Assembly (NCBI GenBank): GCA_000165345.1
Contig: CM000434.1
Span: forward strand, 1,024,001-1,088,000
DNA length: 64,000 nt
Direction: 5' to 3'
Shown here: in pieces, positions 42,457-51,166 of the stretch
Position numbering within the stretch: position 1 is the stretch's first letter
How the letters are laid out: the number at the start of each line of letters is the position of its first letter
Made by a program: the position numbers and the translations under genes
The notes under the pieces: model-generated
What the model saw: only the letters and a program-made list of their open reading frames with translations
The model's database searches: none
Told to the model about the DNA's origin: nothing

Positions 42457-43947
42457 ATGATGGAAATAGCCAAGTATAGAGGGACTAGAGATTCCATTAA
42501 GATCGAGAGCCCAAAAGAGAAATTGGAAATTAAAAGTGGAGAATATATAGGGAGTATAGATGGAGAGTTTGATGAATTAAATCATGAGATTTATGAATTC
42601 ATTCACCAATGTTTGAACACTGACGATTCAGATCTGTTATTTCCAACTTTTGAGGAACAGTTACAAAGTACTTGTATTAGCAATGGCAGTGAAACAGTTA
42701 AAACTGGTGGTACATATATGGATGTGAATCCTCTTCAAGGAGATAGAGAGTCCTTTAGGTTTGGGTTTGAGAACGAAAATAATTCTCAGTATATGAATAT
42801 TAAACAAGAGTGTATGAATACAGCAAGTAATAATGTTGGGGGATTTTCTATGTCACTTGAAAACACTTTTGATTTCAATGGAATATTACTAAAGGCTTCA
42901 TTTCTTGGAAAAACTGACATTATTAAGTCATGTTTAGATAATGGAGCTAACGTCTTACATACCGATAAGGTTGGACGTACTGCATTACACTATGCATCAG
43001 CTTGTGGATGGCTTCCAACAATGAAGCTGCTTCTCAAGTACAATTGCGATATAAATCGTAGAGATCACAAAAATTGGACAGCTCTCCATATTGGAGTTTC
43101 AAAGAAATTCCCAGAAGTTGTGGAATTATTACTTTCTTCTGGAGCAGATTTAAGTTTGGGACTTCCACATACATGTGCACCATGTAGGGGGGGACCAATT
43201 TCTAGTAAAGCTATTCATTTTGCTGCAATTAGAGGTAATCGTATGATCACGGAGATACTTTTAAAGTATGGGGCTGATATTAATGATGTAGATGAAGATA
43301 ATAAGACTCCTTTGCATTATGCAAGCTTCAGATCAAATTTAGATTACGCCAAATGGGTAATTGAGAAAGGAGCTGACGTAAATGCAAAGGATAAATACGG
43401 GAGGACTCCTCTCCATATAGCATCCTTGTCTGGTAATCTTGAAATTACGAAGATACTCATAGAAAATGGATCTGAAGTCCGAGCTAGGGATATCTGGGAT
43501 ATGTCTCCTTTAAGCCTTGCATTAACTAGAGAACATCCTGAAATGGTTTCTTATTTGGAGTCAATTTCCGGTGAAAAGTCATCTGAAATCTCTGTTATTA
43601 GAGGATTTGAATTAGATACAATGGAATCTATAGTATTAAATACCATAGTTACTGGATTACAAGAACCAAAAAAAGAATTCATTGCTAGAGTGATTAAGAC
43701 TATTGGATCACAAAGAAGCCTGCAACTTTACGAAAACGCCATGAAGGTTGAGAATTCTGGCGGGCTCTTGACAGCGGACATGTCAAGGAGAAAAACTATT
43801 GGAGGAGTCTTCTGCTACCTCCTTAAACAACTTGTTGCTGAAGATCAAATTACTATTCAGGAATGGAATTATATTCGACAAGAAGAGAAGGAAAGAATTA
43901 ACGCTAAGAACATTCTAAAACGTAATAATAGACGATGTCAGGTCTAG
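42457..43947 (+). CDS. Ankyrin-repeat protein
   Basis: At least six tandem 33-aa ANK repeats, for example GRTALHYASACGWLPTMKLLLKYNCDIN, NWTALHIGVSKKFPEVVELLLSSGADL, NKTPLHYASFRSNLDYAKWVIEKGADVN, GRTPLHIASLSGNLEITKILIENGSEV. True ATG in the aaaaATGatg context. Confidence 0.85.
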   Translation: MMEIAKYRGTRDSIKIESPKEKLEIKSGEYIGSIDGEFDELNHEIYEFIHQCLNTDDSDLLFPTFEEQLQSTCISNGSETVKTGGTYMDVNPLQGDRESFRFGFENENNSQYMNIKQECMNTASNNVGGFSMSLENTFDFNGILLKASFLGKTDIIKSCLDNGANVLHTDKVGRTALHYASACGWLPTMKLLLKYNCDINRRDHKNWTALHIGVSKKFPEVVELLLSSGADLSLGLPHTCAPCRGGPISSKAIHFAAIRGNRMITEILLKYGADINDVDEDNKTPLHYASFRSNLDYAKWVIEKGADVNAKDKYGRTPLHIASLSGNLEITKILIENGSEVRARDIWDMSPLSLALTREHPEMVSYLESISGEKSSEISVIRGFELDTMESIVLNTIVTGLQEPKKEFIARVIKTIGSQRSLQLYENAMKVENSGGLLTADMSRRKTIGGVFCYLLKQLVAEDQITIQEWNYIRQEEKERINAKNILKRNNRRCQV

Positions 43948-44289
43948 ATAGGTACTGCTTTATTCTACAAACTCAATTTCTTTATTAATATTTATCTTTA
44001 TATAATGAATTTTGTATTTTACATGTTTCGGCGCCAGTTACATTTTCCACACCACTTCTTTTTAAATATCTTTTGATATGTGGGGTAGTAATGAGATTCT
44101 TAATTAATATTGGATTTTTTTAAATGCTTGTATGGAAGTTTCAGCCATAGAGGCTTTCATATCAGAGTGAGTTGATCCGGGTTGCACTTTTTTCTTTATT
44201 AATTTGAAATCGGAAAGGAGGACTTGAGTCATTTTGGTTCTTGAGCCAGTATATAACTTTATTCTTTTAGTGAAGCCGAATACTAGTTA

Positions 44290-44362
44290 GCACTCGTGGC
44301 GCAATGGATAGCGCGTAGCCCTCCTAAGGCTGAGGTTGAGGGTTCGAGTCCCTCCGAGTGCG
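44290..44362 (+). tRNA. tRNA-Arg (anticodon CCU)
   Basis: Hand-folded cloverleaf. Acceptor GCACTCG/CGAGTGC. D-arm GCGC-AATGGATA-GCGC. Anticodon arm TAGCC-CTCCTAA-GGCTG, with U33 and A37 flanking CCT. Variable loop AGGTT. T-arm GAGGG-TTCGAGT-CCCTC. Discriminator G; no encoded CCA. A T-rich run (tttctttatttttt) follows immediately, as a pol III terminator would. Confidence 0.85.
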
Positions 44363-44364
44363 CT

Positions 44365-44381
44365 TTCTTTATTTTTTCTCT
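44365..44381 (+). terminator. Pol III-type T-run downstream of tRNA-Arg
   Basis: A T-rich run (tttctttatttttt, ending in T6) sits directly 3' of the tRNA. Confidence 0.5.
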
Positions 44382-44799
44382 TTGCCAGAACTTTTTTGAA
44401 TTTAATTAGGAAAAGTTGTAAAGGCGGTTTTTTTTTAAATAAAATTAACTTCGGGTGCATAAGACCATCGAAATTTGGACTAGTATAATATATACCAGAT
44501 CCGTTGGCATATTTTTTCCTCCCAAAGCCATCTTCTTGCAAAATTGTCTCGAATGACCACACTACTAAGCTTATACAGTGTAAGAAAGGCAATGAGTAGA
44601 GAAGCTCACTAAGAATAGTAATATAAAGCAGAAAATTGCAGTTAATACGAAAGGGTCATACAATATTATTACGAAAGAGAAGATACAAAGTAAAGAGAGA
44701 GTTTAGATTCTTTCTTATATAAGCAAAATATTTAATCAAGGATATCTTTAAATTTATATATATATTTATTTATTTATAAATATCTTTTAATTAAAGAAA

Positions 44800-45441
44800 A
44801 TGAGTATTTCGAATAGAATTCCTGAAATACAGCCAATTTATGAAAGAAACCAGGAAGCCACACTGTATTGTGGGAATTTAGAAAACAAAGTAGATGAAGA
44901 AATGCTAGCGGAGCTATTTTCACAGTGTGGGCCTGTAAAATCAGTTCATATTCCAAGAGATAAAGTAACAGGACATCATTCGGGGTTCGGTTTTATTGAG
45001 TTTGAATTTGTTTCAGATGTTGAGTATGCACAAAAGGTAATGAACTCAATAAAGCTATTTACTAAACAAATCAGGTGCTGCAAAGCTTCAAACGACAGGA
45101 AGCCGCTGGATATTGGGGCAAATTTATATGTTGGAAACTTATCTCCGGAAATAGATGAGAAATTCCTCTTTTATCTGTTTTCTAATTTTGGCAAGATCTT
45201 GTCACTAAAGATTGTAGGCAATGATCAAAGCAGTCAAAGCCCTAAAAATAGTGCTTTTATAAACTTTTCGTCATTTCAGGAGTCTGATTCCGCCATTCAA
45301 GCTCTAAATGGCCAGTTCTTCTGCAACCAACAAATCTCAGTTTCTTATGCATTTAAACAAAATTCTAAAAACGAAAAGCATGGTAACTACGCTGAAAGAC
45401 TATTGGAATCCAAGTCAAAGACCAAACCCATACAAGAATGA
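44800..45441 (+). CDS. SF3B4: Splicing factor 3B subunit 4 (SF3b49/SAP49/Hsh49), two RRMs
   Basis: Collinear with human SF3B4 from residue 9. [32 protein letters not shown] matches [105 protein letters not shown] and HGNYAERLL all match. Confidence 0.93.
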   Translation: [213 protein letters not shown]

Positions 45442-45621
45442 CAATGTGGGGTTGCCGCCTACCACGTGTCAATTGCATGCATGCGTGTTTGCTTGCAAAC
45501 ACCGGTATTTGATTTGCGAAATAGATTTTTAATGTGGATAGCACATGAATTAAAAGGCGAATTAGTAATATATATATATAATTAGTTGGATAGTTATTAA
45601 ATAATTGAGTTTTTTTCTAAT

Positions 45622-48495
45622 CTAAAAAATAAATGTCCTTACTGCATTTGAAGATTTATTTTGGTTCTTAAGTTTCTCTCTCAGAGAAGGTGATGCAACG
45701 GGGGAGTTTGAGTTGGTGACTTTTTGCCTAGGTGAAATCTCTGGCCCCCGTTTCTCTTGAAATGAATTGGGTTTTAACACGGAATTTGAGTCGAGGTTAC
45801 CACTTTTAAAGTTTAGACTAATATAGACTATGGCACATGTTAGCCCGACTGAAATAGCAAATATAAGCGTAATATTGTGTTTAATGTAATAAAGAGTGAA
45901 TCTTGAAATACCAAAGTATACAAAAAGGTCTGACAGGTGATGTGAGATGGTTTCGCCAGCAACTCCAAGCTCTATTGAAGAAAATAGCAGTACTGAAGCA
46001 ATAAATGATAGAAATACTACTCCTAATACTAGCTTGGAGTTATTTTTAAAGAGGGTAATAAAAGTAATTATTGTGAATATAAGTGAATAAAGTAAATATC
46101 GCACAATCATGAAAATCTGGTTCCTTACAAATCCTTTTCGAATCCCAGAAAGGTCCATTTCTATCCAAAGCTCAACGACTCTATCTTTAGTTTTGCTGTC
46201 TAAATTAATGGAGCCCCAATTATCAGAGTCTTCAAGAGAGTTTTGAGCTAAAATTGTGGCTTCTCTTACAAAGTTCATCCAATTATAATGTTGTTTGGCA
46301 ATTTCTATTGCATTTTTGAGAGCGTATTTGAGAGGTCTATGGAGTAAGTTCTTAAGAGCTATTAAATTCTCCTTCATCAGCTGCTCTTTATCATCCTCTA
46401 TTACGTTCATAAGCTCCATTAAGGCATCTTTCCAGGATTCCTCATTTGAGCAGTATATACCATTCATCTCTTTAATCACGTTATCCTTTAAATCTTCGAA
46501 AGATTCTAAAATTACAGAATCAACTATGGGAAGGGTCAATTTATTTCTTATTGAGATGTTTTTTCTAATTGCAATGGATTTAGCAAAGTTGTATGAGTAC
46601 TTTCTACAAACTTTCTTCCAGTCTACCATTTTTCTTTCAATAAATTCATCCAGTTCTGAGTTAAGCCTCTTCCAGTATTTTAAATGAAGATCAGTCTCAT
46701 TAATTATGGTAATGTGGGTATTAAAAACAAGTTTGGACGAATTCTTCATTTTCTCCAACTTCTTTTCAAAGTCTTCCTTGCTAACTTTGTAATAAGAATC
46801 GTCCACTTCTTCTAGAGATCTAATCACATTCAAAGCTTGTTCGAAGTCATCTAGTAAAATCTTCTCAATCTCTTCTTGGTTCCTCTTTTTAAGTTTTGAA
46901 AGAGCTGATTCAATCTTTTCTTGGGTTAATGACCCATCAATATTACAACAAGGACTATTTCTATAGGAACTTATATCAGACTCAAAACTTCCAAAAGATT
47001 TATTTAAGGCCATTTCTATATCATTCAGCGTACTAGCTACCAAATTATTGGTAAATTCTATCAGCATAGATTGCGGAATTGGAATCTTCTCATGGAACTG
47101 CTCAATCTGGTGGGTTGCATGAGAAATATGGATATCAATTACATCACTACAGTGAGATCTTATTAGTTCACAATTTTTACTTAAGATAGACTTATACTGC
47201 TTCTCGAAGTGAGGTTGGACACTCTTTAGCAAGCTACTAAAGTCAAAATAGTCAAACTCCGAAATGGATGACCAATATGATTCGATATCTTTCAAAGTTT
47301 TGTTATATATTGCATCAGCTTCTATCTCCAGTAAAGGATATATATTCTCATTCAAAAGTTGGTTTTCTAACCTAGTACCAAAAATAAGTAATGTATTCTC
47401 GACCAAGTTACTTGTTTTAAGATCGCCTTTTGTAATCCCAAGGTTCAAAGATTTAAATGAATTGAAAATATACGAATGTTCAGAAAATAGTTCCAGTAAA
47501 TCTGCAATTTCTGCTCCAGTTAATCTACGTTCCTCACCTGAGCTAGGCTTAAAGATATCTAAAAATATGGATCTATTGTTTCCTTTCCCAAATTGATGAT
47601 CTTGATCTCGATCAAGATCATCAATTTTATTTTGGTACCGGTACCCATTATATTTTTTTTCAGTTCCGAAATATGGAATTTTATAAAAATTGAATCTTTC
47701 AATAAATGAATCAAGGTTTTTAAATATCTTACTTTGGGATGTTTCTGGCCAAATATACTTTTCTAATTTAGACTTGAGCAAGTCTTTATATTTTCTAGAA
47801 AACTTTGCTGGTTCTTGTTCATCCTTTAAATCAAGATTCCTGTGTAGAATCCAAGAAATATTTGTTTTATGAAGATTCTCAACCAAAAAAATGAGGTTTT
47901 TCTTTAAGCTCTTTTTATTCGGGATACTTGACTCATTGAGTTTTCTTACAAATAAGCTAGAAAACATCACTGCTTTACTGATTAAAAGCCTTGTGAAGTC
48001 AATAAGCAGGATATCTATCTCATTAATTGAATTAACTAAGACATAATCTGAAAGAATAAGAGACAGTATTGCTAATTTAATTGACGAGTTGATCCCCCTC
48101 CCAATTACTAAAGACTCAGTATCCAAAAGAATATAATCATTATTTCTTGAAGAATTAGCAAATATGGATCCATCTCCATTAGCTTGGACCCATCTAACTC
48201 CATCAGATTCCTTCTCATTTACATCTTCAAAGGATGGTGACTCTCCTGAAATCAAGCTAACCAAAGTTGTTTTTCCAGATCTGGTCAGACCTAATGATAA
48301 AACAAATGAAACTGGAGATTCAATTTTTCTAATTTTTTCAATGGATTCAATAGGTATCTTAATATTACCTTCATGATCAATCTCAAATAGCTTATAATGT
48401 TGTTTGTCTGAAATTGGCTGATTATTACTCACTCCAAACAAACTAACAGCTACCACACAGAAGGAGATAACAAACTGGAAGAATGATCTTCTCAT
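45622..48495 (-). CDS. GBP/atlastin-like large GTPase (dynamin superfamily) with an N-terminal signal/anchor and C-terminal TM helices
   Basis: G1 GLTRSGKTTLVSLISG and G3 LLDTESLVIG (hDTEG-type), as in GBP/atlastin/Sey1-class GTPases. A long helical middle domain. At least three hydrophobic helices near the C-terminus (IFMIVRYLLYSLIFTIITFITLF, LVLGVVFLSFIASVLLFSSI, LIFAISVGLTCAIVYISL). The track ORF starts at an ATG at 48729, but its first 78 codons are F/L-rich and look non-coding. The preferred start is the ATG at 48495 (MRRSFFQFVISFCVVAVSLFGVS, signal-like). Confidence 0.6.
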   Translation of the reverse strand: MRRSFFQFVISFCVVAVSLFGVSNNQPISDKQHYKLFEIDHEGNIKIPIESIEKIRKIESPVSFVLSLGLTRSGKTTLVSLISGESPSFEDVNEKESDGVRWVQANGDGSIFANSSRNNDYILLDTESLVIGRGINSSIKLAILSLILSDYVLVNSINEIDILLIDFTRLLISKAVMFSSLFVRKLNESSIPNKKSLKKNLIFLVENLHKTNISWILHRNLDLKDEQEPAKFSRKYKDLLKSKLEKYIWPETSQSKIFKNLDSFIERFNFYKIPYFGTEKKYNGYRYQNKIDDLDRDQDHQFGKGNNRSIFLDIFKPSSGEERRLTGAEIADLLELFSEHSYIFNSFKSLNLGITKGDLKTSNLVENTLLIFGTRLENQLLNENIYPLLEIEADAIYNKTLKDIESYWSSISEFDYFDFSSLLKSVQPHFEKQYKSILSKNCELIRSHCSDVIDIHISHATHQIEQFHEKIPIPQSMLIEFTNNLVASTLNDIEMALNKSFGSFESDISSYRNSPCCNIDGSLTQEKIESALSKLKKRNQEEIEKILLDDFEQALNVIRSLEEVDDSYYKVSKEDFEKKLEKMKNSSKLVFNTHITIINETDLHLKYWKRLNSELDEFIERKMVDWKKVCRKYSYNFAKSIAIRKNISIRNKLTLPIVDSVILESFEDLKDNVIKEMNGIYCSNEESWKDALMELMNVIEDDKEQLMKENLIALKNLLHRPLKYALKNAIEIAKQHYNWMNFVREATILAQNSLEDSDNWGSINLDSKTKDRVVELWIEMDLSGIRKGFVRNQIFMIVRYLLYSLIFTIITFITLFKNNSKLVLGVVFLSFIASVLLFSSIELGVAGETISHHLSDLFVYFGISRFTLYYIKHNITLIFAISVGLTCAIVYISLNFKSGNLDSNSVLKPNSFQEKRGPEISPRQKVTNSNSPVASPSLREKLKNQNKSSNAVRTFIF

Positions 48496-48930
48496 CTGCA
48501 GTAACTCTATTGTATCTAAGAAAACTGGCCTAGGGGTCTTTTTGACTAAAGGCCTCTTTTTTACCCCCCCCAATTTACATTTACTTCTAAAAGGATCAAA
48601 TCCCAATCTTAAAACCCAAATATAATTCAAATCCAAAAAGTATACAAAACTAGAGCATAACCAATTTGCAATCTCACAATAGCAATCATCAAAAAATGAT
48701 GAGAAAAATAAAAATTGGGATCCCCCCATTTGGTTGGGAAAATGATATTATGAATTTCCAGTATGGCGGGAACATTTTTGGGAAAAAAAAATCCAAATGC
48801 CAAATTTATTTGTTATCAAACTAAGGAGAAACAGAGAGGCGATTTTTGTAGGGTTTTGAGATTAATATAGACCAAAAATAGAGGAAAACTCGCCCGATCT
48901 GACTTTTTAATTGATGTATGCTTGTAAGGA

Positions 48931-50880
48931 ATGAGCTCGGCAAATGCTAAGAGCTCCATTTCAAGTGGTCCTGTAAAAAGTGATTCCATCAATGATGATA
49001 CGAGGATTGAGGCAGAGCTCGTACAACGAGGGAATTTAGTTGGGGAGGCATCACTGGAATGGTCTCTTAATTTTCTGACTCGAAATTGTGATTTTTTAAA
49101 TGAAAGATCAATGTCTCCACTTTCAATTTACGCAGTCCATGTATGGACGGGATCACAGAATTGTGAATTTGCTAATAAGCTTTCTTTTCAAGGAAAGATA
49201 AGAAATATGTTGTTTAAGTTGTTAATTCATCCTGTTCACGAGTTAGTAAACAATTTAAAGACTAATGCTTATTATATTGCAGCTTTGAGTTCCAAAAAAC
49301 CTTTTGATTTTGAACAAAATATGTCCTCACATGGGCTTGAGATCCCCTTAATATCGGGAAAATACTTTGATGGAGATTTTATTCTGAACCAGATGAAGTG
49401 GATCTACAAGTTGTTCCATAATAAAGAGGAGGATGTAGGAAAGCTGTCATTAGAACTCGAAGAAGACGATGAGTTTTTTGATATTACGTTTTCAGATGAT
49501 TTAATAGAGTTTAGCAAGGTTTTCAGCTCAAAGTTGATTTTTCATTGGCTAACTCACCATATTCTCACAAACTTTTTGTATAATCCTAACGGTCCTATTT
49601 CTCTTCTAAGCTTCAACATTCTAATTGAAAAGCTTTCACCCTTCTTTTCCAAATATACAGAGTGCTCACAAATTATGTACTCGGATATTATTGCCTTTTT
49701 TGACTCTGTTTGTGGGATTTGGAGAAATATGAAGGAGAAAAATATCAACAACTTGCTTTCAGTTGCTAATTGTTTAGAAAAATATACTTCAGAGAGCGAA
49801 ACCTTCATGAAATGTCTTACTGATGTTGTTTTAAAGCACTCCCTTGATGAGTTACTTGACAATCTTTCTGAGTTTATTATTGCAATTAATGACGCACTTT
49901 CATGTACAAATTTACATGCACCACTGCCCAGCTCAGCCCGCTCAAACACGTCATCTATGGAGGATAACAAAAAAAAAACAATTCCCCCTGACGTGGATCC
50001 CAAGGAACCATTTAATTCAATTTTTGAGGCAACTGGGTTTGAGCGAGCTGTGTCGGTTTGCAGAGAGTTTCCAGATTTGTTGAGACCCAAGGCGAGGTAC
50101 AGTGAAAAGGTCGTCAAGACGACGCAATTGGTTTTGAACTACTGTTTAAGAAATAACCTAGCAGACCTTAAGTATATAAGGAATATGGGCCACAGAAAAA
50201 AGATAGATGGGGAAAGCTCTAGTGATACTTCAGATTCTCGAAGCAGGGCTAGCTCCTTTCAGGAATTAGACAACAAAAGTTTAGAGGAACAGAATACTGT
50301 TTTGGATGAGAGTGAGGCAATCAGACAATATTTAGCTGGTGGTACATCAAAAAATAGTTTGAATAGTTCTAGTAATGAGAGAAGTAGAGTTCTTTTAGAG
50401 AAGAGTAGCTTGAAGAGGAAAAGCCTTTTTAAGGACGATGACCTAATAGAGTCTGAAAGGCCAAAGAGGTTGAATTTGTATTCAAATGATAAGGGCAAGA
50501 CTGGGAGAAAAATTTCCGTAAGGGGAATTTCTGAGAGCTCAGATTCATCTGAAGACTTTACCCCAAAGCCAATAGTTTCTGAAAAGAGAAGAAACGATGA
50601 GCAGCAATCTGTTCCAAAAAGAGCCCCCAATAAAAGAGCTTCAGCAAGTCCCAATACTGGAGTCTCAAGACAATACCGTCGTTGGAGTGATGAGGAGACA
50701 AGCTTGCTTATTGATGGTGTTAATAAGTTTGGATTAGGAAAATGGAGAATCATCCTAGCTACCTCCAAGTTGACCAACCGTGATGAAGTGGGGCTCAAAG
50801 ATCGTTGGAGGAATCTTGTCAAGGGTGGTCATGTTACTTGGGATCCACAAACTAAGATGTATCGCTCTGTTAAAGGATAG
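48931..50880 (+). CDS. Myb/SANT-domain protein with a single C-terminal telobox-type Myb (TRF/Tbf1-like)
   Basis: C-terminal RQYRRWSDEETSLLIDGVNKFGLGKWRIILATSKLTNRDEVGLKDRWRNLVKG resembles my recollection of the human TRF1 Myb (RKRQAWLWEEDKNLRSGVRKYGEGNWSKIL...RTSVMLKDRWRTMKK), including the LKDRWR telobox core. The remainder is serine-rich and low-complexity with basic patches. Confidence 0.6.
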   Translation: MSSANAKSSISSGPVKSDSINDDTRIEAELVQRGNLVGEASLEWSLNFLTRNCDFLNERSMSPLSIYAVHVWTGSQNCEFANKLSFQGKIRNMLFKLLIHPVHELVNNLKTNAYYIAALSSKKPFDFEQNMSSHGLEIPLISGKYFDGDFILNQMKWIYKLFHNKEEDVGKLSLELEEDDEFFDITFSDDLIEFSKVFSSKLIFHWLTHHILTNFLYNPNGPISLLSFNILIEKLSPFFSKYTECSQIMYSDIIAFFDSVCGIWRNMKEKNINNLLSVANCLEKYTSESETFMKCLTDVVLKHSLDELLDNLSEFIIAINDALSCTNLHAPLPSSARSNTSSMEDNKKKTIPPDVDPKEPFNSIFEATGFERAVSVCREFPDLLRPKARYSEKVVKTTQLVLNYCLRNNLADLKYIRNMGHRKKIDGESSSDTSDSRSRASSFQELDNKSLEEQNTVLDESEAIRQYLAGGTSKNSLNSSSNERSRVLLEKSSLKRKSLFKDDDLIESERPKRLNLYSNDKGKTGRKISVRGISESSDSSEDFTPKPIVSEKRRNDEQQSVPKRAPNKRASASPNTGVSRQYRRWSDEETSLLIDGVNKFGLGKWRIILATSKLTNRDEVGLKDRWRNLVKGGHVTWDPQTKMYRSVKG

Positions 50881-50952
50881 CTGTTACTTTTTAGGCTTCA
50901 TTTTCACTTAGATGAAGTTAATTCGTTCTTTTCTGTTATTTGACTGTGGGGT

Positions 50953-51026
50953 TGGCGCCTTTGCATGTATTATTTCACGATAATAATTTGTCGCGCCCCC
51001 GAGATTGCATGCATGCATGCATGCGG
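50953..51026. promoter_or_regulatory. Upstream motif cluster for gene 51167: TTGGCGCC, GTCGCGCCC and a (GCAT)4-5 / GCATGCA repeat
   Basis: gttGGCGCCtttGCATGtatt...tGTCGCGCCCccgagatTGCATGCATGCATGCATGCggtg, 140-210 bp upstream of the ATG. Confidence 0.5.
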
Positions 51027-51166
51027 TGATGTTCTAAAATTAGTTTTTCGAGAAATGAAAGCAATGATTAGCTGCATATCATCATTAATCTGCAGTATTT
51101 ATGAGCATCTTGAGTAAGAAACAGCTTTGCTCACACAATTTTTCGTGAGTTAAAATAGAATTAAGG

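Noticed and set aside
44287-44592. 101-aa minus-strand ORF overlapping tRNA-Arg
   Set aside because: It runs antisense through the tRNA gene, and its product contains the reverse-translated tRNA. Spurious.
48496-48729. N-terminal 78 codons of track ORF 45622..48729 (MGGSQFLFFSSFFDDCYCEIANW...)
   Set aside because: F/L-rich composition typical of translated AT-rich upstream sequence. A signal-like ATG at 48495 is a more plausible start. Kept as an alternative only.
49554-50822. Two 187-aa minus-strand ORFs (49554..50117, 50259..50822) antisense to the Myb gene; similar antisense ORFs at 55101..55646, 30872..31207, 46295..46687 and 47264..47596
   Set aside because: They are fully embedded antisense in longer ORFs that have clear domains, and have no motifs of their own.
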